In this document: in pieces, positions 20,286-30,606 of the stretch
How the letters are laid out: each line of letters opens with the position of its first letter
Position numbering within the stretch: position 1 is the first letter of the stretch
From: an uncultured Candidatus Saccharibacteria bacterium
GTDB taxonomy: Bacteria > Patescibacteriota > WWE3 > UBA101185 > UBA10185
DNA length: 64,000 bases
Assembly (NCBI GenBank): GCA_964396025.1
Contig: CAYNBT010000001.1
Span: forward strand, 109,271-173,270
Direction of reading: 5' to 3'
Made by a program: the position numbers and the translations under genes
The notes under the pieces: generated by a model
Seen by the model: only the letters and a program-made list of their open reading frames with translations
The model's database searches: none
What the model was told of the DNA's origin: nothing

Positions 20286-22402
20286 TGAACTAGCACATTG
20301 CCCAAGTAAATACTTCGTGTCCTAATACGATTAGACATGCCAACAAAGTACCTGTATTCACCTGGATCAAGTCTTTGAGGAAGAGCTAGCTCTATATTCT
20401 CAATGTAATATCTGCCTTCTACCCAATCTTTTGGCTCCAAGATACCAAAGGATGGCAAATTCGCAACTTGATAAACTTCAGCGGTTTCCTCATTAACAAA
20501 CGTCATAAAGAGAAAATAGTCATCCAGTGCGTCATCATTAATCTTTGTGTAGACTATTTGCGCCGGAGTATTCACACCACGGCTGAGCTCTTTAGGAAAA
20601 TCGTATTCTACAATATTTAAGCCCTGAAACATTTCCATGGAAGTAGTTTTTGGATAAACAAAGCGCTCCTGCAAGGGCAGTAATTGGCTTTTATTATGTG
20701 GCCCAATATTTTTGAATACAAACAAGTTTCCGCAAGCCAAAGAAAGTTGATAATCTTCGCTCTTTATCATCCTTCCAACAACGTCGTTCACAAGAGCACG
20801 ATCTATATCCAGTATTCTTAATACCTTCTGAGAAAAAACATCGACAATCACATAGTCCGCCTGATCATATAGCGCCGGGAAAATAGCATATGTTTCCCGC
20901 ATCGAAAGATGTGCACCCAAGTAATCGGGACCACTTATAGATGCTTCGTCGGGCATAGTATCAACAATCTTCCTTGCACATTCCAAATCCTTATTTTCAA
21001 GAGGGGAGAGTTTAAGAACATCGCCAACTACTAAATCCTCTGAGCGTGAGATTGAAGGTTCGCTTTTTGCAAAGGCTACCAATGCAGGAATTCTTTTTTG
21101 CACAGCTTGAATAAACCACATGTATACGGGATTTTGATAGTGATATGAAGTACTCATACAGCTAATCAAAATGTATACAGATAAGAAAACTACCGTGTGT
21201 TGTGTTTTAAGTCTGAAATGCTTGTTTAAAGTCTTAGAAAGTCCGTATATACCATAGATAGAAGCAATAAATAAAACAGGAATTATCATAGAGATCCTAT
21301 GGTTGTATATTTCGGAAGTACCGATACCATCTTGGGAGGTTGCATAGTTTATCAACAAATCCGGGAATGAAACTACAAACAATGGCAGATATGCCACAGG
21401 CATATAACCTAAAGGCTCTAGAGTCATAGTAAGATTCTCTAACTTGTCCCCACCAAAAAGCACATCAACTAACATGTTAGGATTTAAAAGCATGTTTCCG
21501 GCTATTTCTAAATAGGAATCGCCAAAAACCTCATATCTTGTTAAAAAGTAATTTGGTTTAACTACGTTGTTGGTAACAGAAGAATCGATACTTAGACTTT
21601 TGGCAAACTGCTCATAGCCTTCGATTCTATGGTGGGCATTTGCCGGAATGATAACAAAGAAGGCTATCATGAACCATATCGAACCAACTAAAATCATACT
21701 CAATCCAAGCTTCAATTTCTCTCTATACACAGCAACGAAAAAACCCAATACTACTGTATAAAGTGAAAGCTGTTCCTTTCCCATCATTGTTAACGTAAGA
21801 AATATCCAAAAGCAAACTAGGCGCCACTTGCTGTAATTCGCTTCAAAGTGCATTTTTTCAAGTAAGTAAAAAGCCGCGAGAAAAAAAGGTATAACGGCAG
21901 AAACTCCGTGAAAACCGGTCCAGGCTAAAATAAAACCTAAAGCTGGGTAAAATAAAAACGCTAAGCCAAAGAACATAGCCCCCAACTTACTTCCAAGTCG
22001 CTGTAAAGCAATAAGGTAGATAATGCTTGCTGAGGATAAAATCAACACAAGTTGCGAAATCACAAGCATCAAAGGGGACGGAAATATATAAAAAAGCGGG
22101 ACAAACAACAATAGTATTGGATCGACGTGACTCATTGCCCAACGGGGGAGGTTAGTCCCAAAGTAATCAGTCAAATAAAGCATTTTTCCTTTGATAGCTG
22201 TATACCAAACCATTTGAGTCATGTTACCTAAGTCGAACTTGCCATAGTCAAAGTTGTTATATCTAAAAATATTAACTTTAAGCGTTATAAGTAGAATCAA
22301 AAGAGAAAACAGTAAAACAACAACAAAAGGGGTCAACCCAAGCAAAGCAGTAAGTCGAGAATTTTGATTTGATTTTACCTTGTCTATCAATGTATTAAGC
22401 AT
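20282..22402 (-). CDS. DUF2079-family membrane protein (putative GT-C-like transferase)
   Basis: YNNFDYGKFDLGNMTQMVW … SHVDPILLLFVPLFYIFPSP matches the DUF2079 hallmark (FDLGIFDQ…DHFHPIL…PLYWLWP). Large N-terminal TM domain plus about 300-aa soluble C-terminus. Confidence 0.55.
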   Translation of the reverse strand: MLNTLIDKVKSNQNSRLTALLGLTPFVVVLLFSLLILLITLKVNIFRYNNFDYGKFDLGNMTQMVWYTAIKGKMLYLTDYFGTNLPRWAMSHVDPILLLFVPLFYIFPSPLMLVISQLVLILSSASIIYLIALQRLGSKLGAMFFGLAFLFYPALGFILAWTGFHGVSAVIPFFLAAFYLLEKMHFEANYSKWRLVCFWIFLTLTMMGKEQLSLYTVVLGFFVAVYREKLKLGLSMILVGSIWFMIAFFVIIPANAHHRIEGYEQFAKSLSIDSSVTNNVVKPNYFLTRYEVFGDSYLEIAGNMLLNPNMLVDVLFGGDKLENLTMTLEPLGYMPVAYLPLFVVSFPDLLINYATSQDGIGTSEIYNHRISMIIPVLFIASIYGIYGLSKTLNKHFRLKTQHTVVFLSVYILISCMSTSYHYQNPVYMWFIQAVQKRIPALVAFAKSEPSISRSEDLVVGDVLKLSPLENKDLECARKIVDTMPDEASISGPDYLGAHLSMRETYAIFPALYDQADYVIVDVFSQKVLRILDIDRALVNDVVGRMIKSEDYQLSLACGNLFVFKNIGPHNKSQLLPLQERFVYPKTTSMEMFQGLNIVEYDFPKELSRGVNTPAQIVYTKINDDALDDYFLFMTFVNEETAEVYQVANLPSFGILEPKDWVEGRYYIENIELALPQRLDPGEYRYFVGMSNRIRTRSIYLGNVLVQ

Positions 22403-23119
22403 TTAATTCCAAAACTTAAAATATATTAGTGTTGTTAAAGCTGATAACCCATCGCGCCATGTTATCTTCTTCCCTTCTAGATGTGTTCTTCCGGCATAGC
22501 TGATTGGCACTTCGGTGATGGTTAATCCAGATTTTAGTATTTTAGCAGTTATTTCGGGTTCAAAATTAAATCTGTCAGACTTTATCTGTAGTTTTCTAAT
22601 GAAGTCTCCGGGTATAAGCTTGTAGCAAGTTTCCATATCGGTTAGCTTAACTCCAAATAGGAGATTAGTGAATAAAGTAAGCAGTTTGTTACCAAAATAG
22701 TGCAAATTGGTCATATCTTTATAGTCACCTGAGAATCTTGATCCATACACTACGTCAGTTTCCCCATCGTAAATCTGTGCAATAAGCTTGTTATAGTCTT
22801 CAGGGTCATACTCCAAATCCGCATCCTGAACAATCACATAATCACCTGTTGTATGACCAAAACCTTCTCTCAGAGTGGCTCCCTTACCAGAATTGCAATC
22901 TTTAAATATTGCAATCAAATCATTATGTTCTTTTTTCAATTTTTGAATAATAGAAGCACTGCTATCAGTAGAGTAGTCATCTACCAATATCACTTCTTTT
23001 CCAATATCGCCAAGATTCACAGCGTACACACGTCGTACCAACGCCTCTAAAGTGGCTTCTTCATTAAAAACAGGGATCACTATGGATAACTTCTTCATCT
23101 TAATTAAGCTCATAACCAT
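22403..23119 (-). CDS. GT2 polyprenol-phosphate sugar synthase (DPM1/GtrB-like)
   Basis: KLSIVIPVFNEEATL…VILVDDYSTDSS…VIVQDADLEYDPEDY is the classic DPM1 signature; 238 aa. Confidence 0.8.
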   Translation of the reverse strand: MVMSLIKMKKLSIVIPVFNEEATLEALVRRVYAVNLGDIGKEVILVDDYSTDSSASIIQKLKKEHNDLIAIFKDCNSGKGATLREGFGHTTGDYVIVQDADLEYDPEDYNKLIAQIYDGETDVVYGSRFSGDYKDMTNLHYFGNKLLTLFTNLLFGVKLTDMETCYKLIPGDFIRKLQIKSDRFNFEPEITAKILKSGLTITEVPISYAGRTHLEGKKITWRDGLSALTTLIYFKFWN

Positions 23120-24677
23120 GAAATTTTAGCACTTTTGTCACAAAGTGTGCGCCATTTATTGATTGTGCGTATTCCCGTTCAAGAGAAAGATATGGATATT
23201 TACTTAGTTCAAATTCCATTGAAGTATTATGCTCATTTGTTACAACTACATATGTTGCATCAAATCCCTCTAAATCATCGTATGCAATATCCCCTGAATC
23301 AATCTTGGGATAGTAAATCGTACTACCGCAAACATTAGCCTTACCATAATTAACATTCCAATCAATTACGCTTGTTAAATCATTATGTACAACTACACCG
23401 CAACTATGTTCTTTTAGATAATTTCCTGCTAAAGAAACAACTAAATATATATCCTTATGGAGATGCACGGTGGCTAAGGACCATATTCCACATGAAAAAG
23501 CAGTCACAAGAAAGAAACTTCTAAATTTCTTGAAATATGCAGTGACAATAAGTAATAAATTGATAAATATCAGGATAGCAAAGATTTCTTTTTGCAACAC
23601 TAAAAATTGAAGCCTGTATTTATACTGCCCAACAATATATATACCTAAAGTAATCAATCCAATAAACAGAAAGGCATTATCTTTCTTGTTTTGTGAAAAA
23701 AAGTTTTCTATACCCAACGCAAGTAAGACAATCAAAAAGGGTACTACAGCAATAAACAGCCTGGGAATTGCAGCAGGCCACATAAGGATTAATGCCAGCT
23801 CAAGTGATAGGAAGAACAACACAGCTAAGTGTTGTGTAAAAAACTGTTTGATAACATTTCTGCCATTAAGTATAAAGGGTGCTGCTACAATAAACCCATA
23901 TATAAACAGTAACGATACTAAGTAAATCAATATTGTGTTGATATCGTAGACCCTACCGGACGGTTCTGCTAGATAGGAAGATTTAAGGGGGTTCCTAAGA
24001 AAAAAATACGGTCCTATTACAACTAAGAACCCAAGTACATATGTGCTCAACTGCCAAAAGGAATGGCGCAGTCTACGAAACAGATTCTTGATCCAAAGAT
24101 CCTGGTGACTATCAACAACGATACCCAACAATATTGCGAAATATAAGAGATAGCCTTCAAAACGCGTAAGAACTGCAAGACCTGCAACTAAACCCAGTGT
24201 AAAAGTTTGTACTAAAGTGTTTTTCTTCTTGAAACGGTAAAATATGAGAAACTCCACCATCACAAGTAATGTGAAAAATGCATCGGCCATGATTCTAAGT
24301 GACCAGTACATGTATACCGGATTTAGGACAAAAAGCATCAAGGCTATATGCATATACCTCTTGCTATCCGAGAATTTTCTGACAAGTAATGCGTATGTTG
24401 CAACCGAAGCTGCCCCTATACCTAACATAACTATTCTGCCCCAAACAACTGGATCTATGCCTTGGGGCCAACCTGACAAAAGCAGCGAATACAGCGGAGG
24501 GCGTTTTTCATCGGAAGGGTAGCTAAATTCTCGCAAATACTTGGCGGCGCGAAGAATTCTGTATGAATCACCCCACTCAACAGCATTAATATTTAACAAA
24601 GCAATGTGAATAAATAAAAATACGCAAAACCAAAGCAGAAATGGATTATCAATTAGCTTTTGAAAGTATTTTTTCAT
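23100..24677 (-). CDS. GT-C-fold membrane glycosyltransferase, ArnT/PMT (GT83/39)-like
   Basis: …SYPSDEKRPPLYSLLL… resembles the [DE]-K-PPL motif of the ArnT/PMT first loop; about 13 TM helices plus a soluble C-terminus. Confidence 0.55.
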   Translation of the reverse strand: MKKYFQKLIDNPFLLWFCVFLFIHIALLNINAVEWGDSYRILRAAKYLREFSYPSDEKRPPLYSLLLSGWPQGIDPVVWGRIVMLGIGAASVATYALLVRKFSDSKRYMHIALMLFVLNPVYMYWSLRIMADAFFTLLVMVEFLIFYRFKKKNTLVQTFTLGLVAGLAVLTRFEGYLLYFAILLGIVVDSHQDLWIKNLFRRLRHSFWQLSTYVLGFLVVIGPYFFLRNPLKSSYLAEPSGRVYDINTILIYLVSLLFIYGFIVAAPFILNGRNVIKQFFTQHLAVLFFLSLELALILMWPAAIPRLFIAVVPFLIVLLALGIENFFSQNKKDNAFLFIGLITLGIYIVGQYKYRLQFLVLQKEIFAILIFINLLLIVTAYFKKFRSFFLVTAFSCGIWSLATVHLHKDIYLVVSLAGNYLKEHSCGVVVHNDLTSVIDWNVNYGKANVCGSTIYYPKIDSGDIAYDDLEGFDATYVVVTNEHNTSMEFELSKYPYLSLEREYAQSINGAHFVTKVLKFHGYELN

Positions 24678-25842
24678 ATATTTGATTTATTTGGGCTGCC
24701 TTTGCATCCCAAGAGTAGCGTTGGGCAATCTTTTGAGTATCAACAAAGATGCTCGAGTCAACTACGTGCTTAATCTGTTCAGCTATCTTTTCGGGGGCTA
24801 GATCTTCTAAATAAACTAGACCTTCTATTACATCTTGCGCCTTAAATCCTGAAACCAGCGCAGGCACACCACAGGAAAGAACCTCCATCACAACCTTGGG
24901 AAAACCTTCAACTTTGGAAGGCAAAACAAAGATGTCTGCCGCCTGAATAGCAACCGGTATGGACGGGTAAGGCGTATATCCAATTTTTATAAAACGATCA
25001 GAAAGATTGAGTTCTCTTACGCGCTCGTTCAATCTCTCCATGTAAGCTTCGTCACCATCCCCCAATAATATTAATTTGTACTCGAGTGGTAAAAGTGCCA
25101 ATGCCTCTATAAGTAAATGGATGTTCTTTCTTTCAACAAGCGCACCATAATTCAAAATCACTTTATCGTGCGGGATAAGTCCCAACTCTTTGCGTGTCTT
25201 ATCTTGTTCGTCCGGTGTAATCTTTTTAAACAAGGCCGGATTAACTCCAGATTCAACAATATAACATTTTGCAGGATCTGTTTTGTAATATTTAATTGCG
25301 TCTGATCTTAGCTCTTCTCCCACAAAAATACATGCATCTGCAACGTCCGATGCGAGTTGGTTGGCAAAAATCTCAAGAGGCCAAGTAAGCATTCCAGATA
25401 CAAACTTGGGCTGCTCTCCTTTTTCCTTCATTTTCTCCCAACGGCTTTTTGCAATGATATGAAAGTGCGCTACTAAGGGTATCTTCAGTTCAGAACATTT
25501 AGGTAAAAAGTATTTAAGTAATTTCCTATAAAAAAAGATCCATATACCAAAATGCCCATGCGCATGTATCACATCTGGTCTGTTACTCAAACGCCAATAT
25601 AGATAGTAGATAAACATAGCAGGTGCGATAGTCAATGCAAGAGTTCCAGATATAGGCTCTCTAAAGAAAGTGCGGAGATTTACATTAGGAATACTTTCCG
25701 GCTTTCCACTGTTGGGCCAACTGCCACAGAACACTGTTATTTTGTGACCCAATCTGCTTTGTGCGGAAGTTACCTCAAATGGGTGAGGTACTAAACCCAA
25801 CCATGGAGGAGGCCATTCGTAACTAATTCTTAGAATATTCAT
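24649..25842 (-). CDS. Glycosyltransferase family 4
   Basis: Glyco_trans_4-like N-terminus; C-terminal …FVLPSKVEGFPKVVMEVLSCGVPALVS… (GT4 E-x7-E region). Confidence 0.75.
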   Translation of the reverse strand: MNILRISYEWPPPWLGLVPHPFEVTSAQSRLGHKITVFCGSWPNSGKPESIPNVNLRTFFREPISGTLALTIAPAMFIYYLYWRLSNRPDVIHAHGHFGIWIFFYRKLLKYFLPKCSELKIPLVAHFHIIAKSRWEKMKEKGEQPKFVSGMLTWPLEIFANQLASDVADACIFVGEELRSDAIKYYKTDPAKCYIVESGVNPALFKKITPDEQDKTRKELGLIPHDKVILNYGALVERKNIHLLIEALALLPLEYKLILLGDGDEAYMERLNERVRELNLSDRFIKIGYTPYPSIPVAIQAADIFVLPSKVEGFPKVVMEVLSCGVPALVSGFKAQDVIEGLVYLEDLAPEKIAEQIKHVVDSSIFVDTQKIAQRYSWDAKAAQINQIYEKILSKAN

Positions 25843-27028
25843 TCATAACCTCATTAAAAACTTGTTCGTATTTACTAATCATAACATCAAGCGTAAACAG
25901 TTGCTGAGCCTCTTGGCGACTATATGTTCCAAATTGTTTCCTAAGCTCAAAGCTCTGCTCTAAAAGGAGCATTTTGGTTTTTAGCTCCAAAAGATCTCCA
26001 GATTTCACTAGATATCCGTTTTTTTCACTTTCCACAGCATCAGAATTTCCGCCTTTGTCAGAAGCAATTACAGGTAAACCACAGAACATCGCCTCAACAA
26101 TAGTCATAGGAAATCCTTCAACTCGAAGCGTAGGAAGAACAAATATGTCCATTTTGACCAATTCCCCCATAACCTGCGAGTATGGAATAGTACCGTGGAA
26201 ATGTACTCTTGTCTCAATAGACAAAACATGCGCAAGCCTTTTTAGAGTCGCTAGTTCCGGACCAGCGCCAATGATATGAAGAAAAGCGTTCTTAAAACTG
26301 CCATCTGCAAAGGCTCGGAGAAGCACATGGACGCCTTTCGAAGAATCCAGTCTGCCCAAATAAACAAAATTCACTTTTTCAGAGGCAGAGGCAGAATAGT
26401 CTTTGGAAATAGCTGGAACTTTGACGCCGTTATGAATCACTACAATTTTGGAGGGACTCACAAAGGTTTCCTCAATAATACTTGTTTTGACATAGTTAGA
26501 AACCGCTACAAGTCTTGTAGATCCATGCACAAATTCGCGTTGGGTAAAAAAGAAAGCATAAAAGACATGTGGTAAATCTAACATCAATCTCAAAAATTCT
26601 TTTATCCCTGAAAAACTTTCCCATCGAGATTGAAATTCTCCCACTTTACTTCCGTGCAATATAGAAACTATCGGGACTCCAAGCTTTTCCTTGACTTTAA
26701 AGAGTCCCAATGCACCGGAACTCTGACTCAGTATCAGATCAAACTTTTCACTTGCTGTACGGCTAATGTAAGCTTCAATGGATTTTTGATTCCAGGTTTT
26801 TGAAAAAAGGGAGAATAAAAGATTGAAACCTCTTACTACACAAGGCACGAACACATACTCAACGTTATTTTCATGATATGAGGTAACGGTAAGATTGCGT
26901 TGAGGCGAGAAAACTACGATTTTGTGTCCTCTCAGGGCTAATCCTTCACACAAAAGCTTATTCTGAGTTTCAAACCCTCCATAACTCTTATGCAATGTAG
27001 TGTTTTTGATAAAGACAGCAATATTCAC
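25823..27028 (-). CDS. Glycosyltransferase family 4
   Basis: …YLGRLDSSKGVHVLLRAF…IFVLPTLRVEGFPMTIVEAMFCGLPVIASDKGGN…. Confidence 0.8.
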   Translation of the reverse strand: MNIAVFIKNTTLHKSYGGFETQNKLLCEGLALRGHKIVVFSPQRNLTVTSYHENNVEYVFVPCVVRGFNLLFSLFSKTWNQKSIEAYISRTASEKFDLILSQSSGALGLFKVKEKLGVPIVSILHGSKVGEFQSRWESFSGIKEFLRLMLDLPHVFYAFFFTQREFVHGSTRLVAVSNYVKTSIIEETFVSPSKIVVIHNGVKVPAISKDYSASASEKVNFVYLGRLDSSKGVHVLLRAFADGSFKNAFLHIIGAGPELATLKRLAHVLSIETRVHFHGTIPYSQVMGELVKMDIFVLPTLRVEGFPMTIVEAMFCGLPVIASDKGGNSDAVESEKNGYLVKSGDLLELKTKMLLLEQSFELRKQFGTYSRQEAQQLFTLDVMISKYEQVFNEVMNEYSKN

Positions 27029-27040
27029 ATATACATTGTA

Positions 27041-28348
27041 TCAAGAAAGGAGTAATTCTTGGAGTTGCTTAACGTTAGTATCAAGATGAAACATCTCTGA
27101 GGCTTTTTTAAATGCATGTTTGACCAAGCTTTCTCGTACAACATGATTATGCAACAAATTCTCAATCTGATCCGCAAGGGCATGCGAATCTTTTTGTGGA
27201 ATGACGATACCTGTTACATTGTGCTCAACTAGGTCTGTTATACTACCTGCGGATGTAGCAATTATGGGGATTTTGGCTAAAGCTGCCTCTATTACAACAG
27301 TCGGAACGCCATCCATATCTCCTTCATTTGTTTCAATACTTGGAAACACAAAAATGTCTGCAATTTTATAGTAATCAACCACTTGATCGAACGGAGTTCC
27401 CTTACCTTCACCATGAATAAAAACATTATCAGACAGTCCAAGCTCGTGTATTTGATCTTGTAATTCTTTGTACAGGGGCCCAGGGCCAACTATTTCTACC
27501 TGATGGTCTACGCCCCTACTCTTAAGTATCTTTGATGCTTCAATAACATATTTAATGCCTTTCTTCTCCACCAAACGTGTTCCACCCATAAATATTACAG
27601 GTCTTTGGGGTTTCACTAATCTCGAATCCCCCGCGAATATTTTCTCGTGATCAATACCGTGATAAATCAGTTTAACCTTTGGCTTTAACTCAAGAGGAAT
27701 TTGATCCACAACTGTTTGCCAGGTTCTTTTGTTACATATTGCTATGAACTTTGCATACTGTGCTTTTGTAGCAATAAGCGAATTATCAACTATGGCATCC
27801 TTAGCATGCGCAGAAATACTAAATGGAATATGCAAAACATGCGCAGCAACCATAGCAATTGTTGAGAAACTTGACAAAAAATGTACATGAATATGATCCG
27901 GCTTATACTCACTGAAAATCTTTGCATAGGCAACTCCTTTTAGCATGTAAAAAATTCGTGCCTTATGAAATCGACCAACAATGCTGGAATGATCTTCGTG
28001 TGCATTCTGAGCCCTAAGATTTAAGAACAGTGGTTCCTTGTCCGAACCAGATATCAACTTAAAAAGCTCGATTATTCTGCGTGGGCTAAAGAGAAGATAT
28101 TTGACAAAGGCGCTTATCGCAATACGCGCAGTAAGTCTTTGATATACAACAGCACGCCTTGCTAGTTCGGACATTGTACCGCTGGCAGGAGATAACGAGA
28201 GGATTCTGATATCCATTTGATCAAGTTCAAGGAGTTTAGTGATCTCACGCTCAATAAAGGTCTCAGTTAGACGTGGGAATTCTGGAACAAAGTACAAAAC
28301 TTTTTTCTTGCGTAAAGTAGGTTGCTTATTTTCCATTTTTTTCATCAT
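27041..28348 (-). CDS. Glycosyltransferase family 4
   Basis: …FMGGTRLVEKKGIKYVIEA…IFVFPSIETNEGDMDGVPTVVIEAALAKIPIIATSAGS…. Confidence 0.8.
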   Translation of the reverse strand: MMKKMENKQPTLRKKKVLYFVPEFPRLTETFIEREITKLLELDQMDIRILSLSPASGTMSELARRAVVYQRLTARIAISAFVKYLLFSPRRIIELFKLISGSDKEPLFLNLRAQNAHEDHSSIVGRFHKARIFYMLKGVAYAKIFSEYKPDHIHVHFLSSFSTIAMVAAHVLHIPFSISAHAKDAIVDNSLIATKAQYAKFIAICNKRTWQTVVDQIPLELKPKVKLIYHGIDHEKIFAGDSRLVKPQRPVIFMGGTRLVEKKGIKYVIEASKILKSRGVDHQVEIVGPGPLYKELQDQIHELGLSDNVFIHGEGKGTPFDQVVDYYKIADIFVFPSIETNEGDMDGVPTVVIEAALAKIPIIATSAGSITDLVEHNVTGIVIPQKDSHALADQIENLLHNHVVRESLVKHAFKKASEMFHLDTNVKQLQELLLS

Positions 28349-29696
28349 TCAATATTGCGTAAGGCCCGCTTTTACTTATGTGTTCACTACCATTGGTTTT
28401 TTTACCAATCGCAAAATAGGTAGCACCCGCATCCTCTATCTCTCTTTGATTAAGAATATTACGCCCATCAAAAACCATTTTTCCCGCCAGGTTTTTAATG
28501 ATTGAAGCATTCAAATTTCTAAATTCATCCCATGGGGTAAGAACACATAAAGCATCTACATCCTTAACAGCATCTGAAATATCGGTCGCATAATGTATCT
28601 GCCCATCTCCAAGCATCTTGCGAGCATTCTCCATAGCAGCGGGATCATATACGCGTAATGTTGCTCCCCTACCTCTCAACAATCTAACAAGTGCTACAGC
28701 AACTGAATCTCTTGTATCATCTGTGTTTTCCTTAAATGCCAAACCCAAGCATGCGAAAGTTTTACCCGAAAGGTTTTCCCCCATAGCATGAACGATTTTG
28801 CGCAAAAAGAAATGCTTCTGGATATCATTAACCTCCATGACACCACGTAAAAGCTTAAAGTCATATGCCTGATCTGTGGATGTTTTGTAAAGTGCAGCAA
28901 CATCTTTTGGAAAACAACTACCGCCGTAACCAATAGATGCGTTCAAAAACTTGGGTCCAATTCTTTTATCAAGCCCCATGCCCTTTGCGACGGTTGTGAC
29001 ATCGGCACCAGCACGCTCGCATATTTGGGCAATCTCATTTATGAAAGATATTTTTGTAGCCAAAAAAGCGTTAGAGGCATACTTAATCATTTCAGCTGAG
29101 CGCAAATCACATTCTACTAAGGGAGCATCCAGATGCGCATAAAGTCTTTTCATGATATCCATCGCCTTTTTAGATTCTGCTCCAACAACTGTCCTATCCG
29201 GATTACGCATATCTTCAATGGAATATCCCTCTTTTAAAAATTCGGGATTTGAGGCTACATCAAATTCAACGGAAGTGTCTAGAAGATTCTCTTTAACTAT
29301 TTTTTTTACGTACTCGTTAGTACCCACAGGAACAGTACTTTTTGTCACAATCACTTTGTAGGAGGTTAGGTTTCTGCCAATGTCTTGTGCTACTTTGGTT
29401 ACCGCAGTAAGATCTGCGGCACCTGTATCACCCTGAGGTGTTCCAACACATATAAACACTATTTCCGCATCTGACATCGCTTCTTTTAAGTTTGTGGTAA
29501 ATTTTAAGCGACCTTCGCTGATATTTTTTAGCACTACTGGAGCAAGATCGGGCTCATAGATAGGCATGATACCCTTTTTAATCTTTTCTACTTTAGCTGT
29601 ATCAATGTCGAGTCCAACGACATCATTACCCCAATCCGCAAATATTGCTGAACCAACTAAACCTACATATCCTGTGCCAATAACACAAAGTTTCAT
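28326..29696 (-). CDS. ugd: UDP-glucose 6-dehydrogenase (nucleotide-sugar dehydrogenase family)
   Basis: MKLCVIGTGYVGLVGSA… Rossmann N-terminus; catalytic GGSCFPKD motif. Start set at MKLCVIG (AAGGAG 5 nt upstream on the minus strand). Confidence 0.85.
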   Translation of the reverse strand: MKLCVIGTGYVGLVGSAIFADWGNDVVGLDIDTAKVEKIKKGIMPIYEPDLAPVVLKNISEGRLKFTTNLKEAMSDAEIVFICVGTPQGDTGAADLTAVTKVAQDIGRNLTSYKVIVTKSTVPVGTNEYVKKIVKENLLDTSVEFDVASNPEFLKEGYSIEDMRNPDRTVVGAESKKAMDIMKRLYAHLDAPLVECDLRSAEMIKYASNAFLATKISFINEIAQICERAGADVTTVAKGMGLDKRIGPKFLNASIGYGGSCFPKDVAALYKTSTDQAYDFKLLRGVMEVNDIQKHFFLRKIVHAMGENLSGKTFACLGLAFKENTDDTRDSVAVALVRLLRGRGATLRVYDPAAMENARKMLGDGQIHYATDISDAVKDVDALCVLTPWDEFRNLNASIIKNLAGKMVFDGRNILNQREIEDAGATYFAIGKKTNGSEHISKSGPYAILNDEKNGK

Positions 29697-29781
29697 AGGA
29701 CTCCTTATTGCACGCAATCAGTACAACCACGTGCGTTAAATAATTTACACACAATAACAAAAAGTAGCAAAAGACTGCATA

Positions 29782-30606
29782 TTAGTTTTTATTGTATTTT
29801 CCTCTGAGATCATTAAGTTTGACTTTTACAACATCTAAGAAATTATCAATCGAAGCTCTAATAGGAGGAACACGATTAGTCTTTACATATGTCCAAGAAA
29901 CGGGAATCTCTTTGGTTTTAAAACCCAACCTTTTGGCAATCACCAACACTTCTACGTCAAAAGCACTTACACGAGGACGTTTCGTTTCTGGTGTATTGTC
30001 GCCAAAAAGAATCATCCTTGAAAAGATTTCTGCGCAAGCATTTTGTGTAAACAGTTTAAAACCACATTGAGTGTCGTTTATCTTGGGTAACACCAATAAT
30101 CTAACCAAGAAATTAAATCCCCTTCCCATAATATGACGAATCAACGGCTCATTTTTTCTTAAAGCCCCTACTCCTTCGCGGGAGGCTATCACAACATCAT
30201 AATCATGCTCTTGCACCCATGTAAGAAGGCGCTTAAGTTCCTCGATGGGGGTTGCCATATCCGCATCGGCCATAAGTATATATTTTCCCCGAGAACTCAA
30301 CATGCCTGTTCTAACTGCTACACCTTTTCCTTTGTGTGGATTCTTTATCAAGTGGATTTCTGGATGATATATTGCGTAATTCTCCACGATCTCAGCAGTT
30401 TTATCGGCACTGCCATCATCTACAACTATTATTTCATAAGCAACCGGCGTAACTTTATCTGATGACGAATCCCGTATGCTGAAAGAATTCATAAAATTTA
30501 CTATCTGAGTGAGTGAGGCAGTGATACCTGATTCTTCATTGTAGGCAGGTATAACTACACTAATGTCTGGGAGTTCGTCTTGAATTAATGAATCTAATTT
30601 TTCCAT
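29782..30606 (-). CDS. GT2 polyprenol-phosphate sugar synthase-like (DPM1-like)
   Basis: ISVVIPAYNEESGI…IIVVDDGSADKT…ILMADADMATPIEEL. Confidence 0.75.
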   Translation of the reverse strand: MEKLDSLIQDELPDISVVIPAYNEESGITASLTQIVNFMNSFSIRDSSSDKVTPVAYEIIVVDDGSADKTAEIVENYAIYHPEIHLIKNPHKGKGVAVRTGMLSSRGKYILMADADMATPIEELKRLLTWVQEHDYDVVIASREGVGALRKNEPLIRHIMGRGFNFLVRLLVLPKINDTQCGFKLFTQNACAEIFSRMILFGDNTPETKRPRVSAFDVEVLVIAKRLGFKTKEIPVSWTYVKTNRVPPIRASIDNFLDVVKVKLNDLRGKYNKN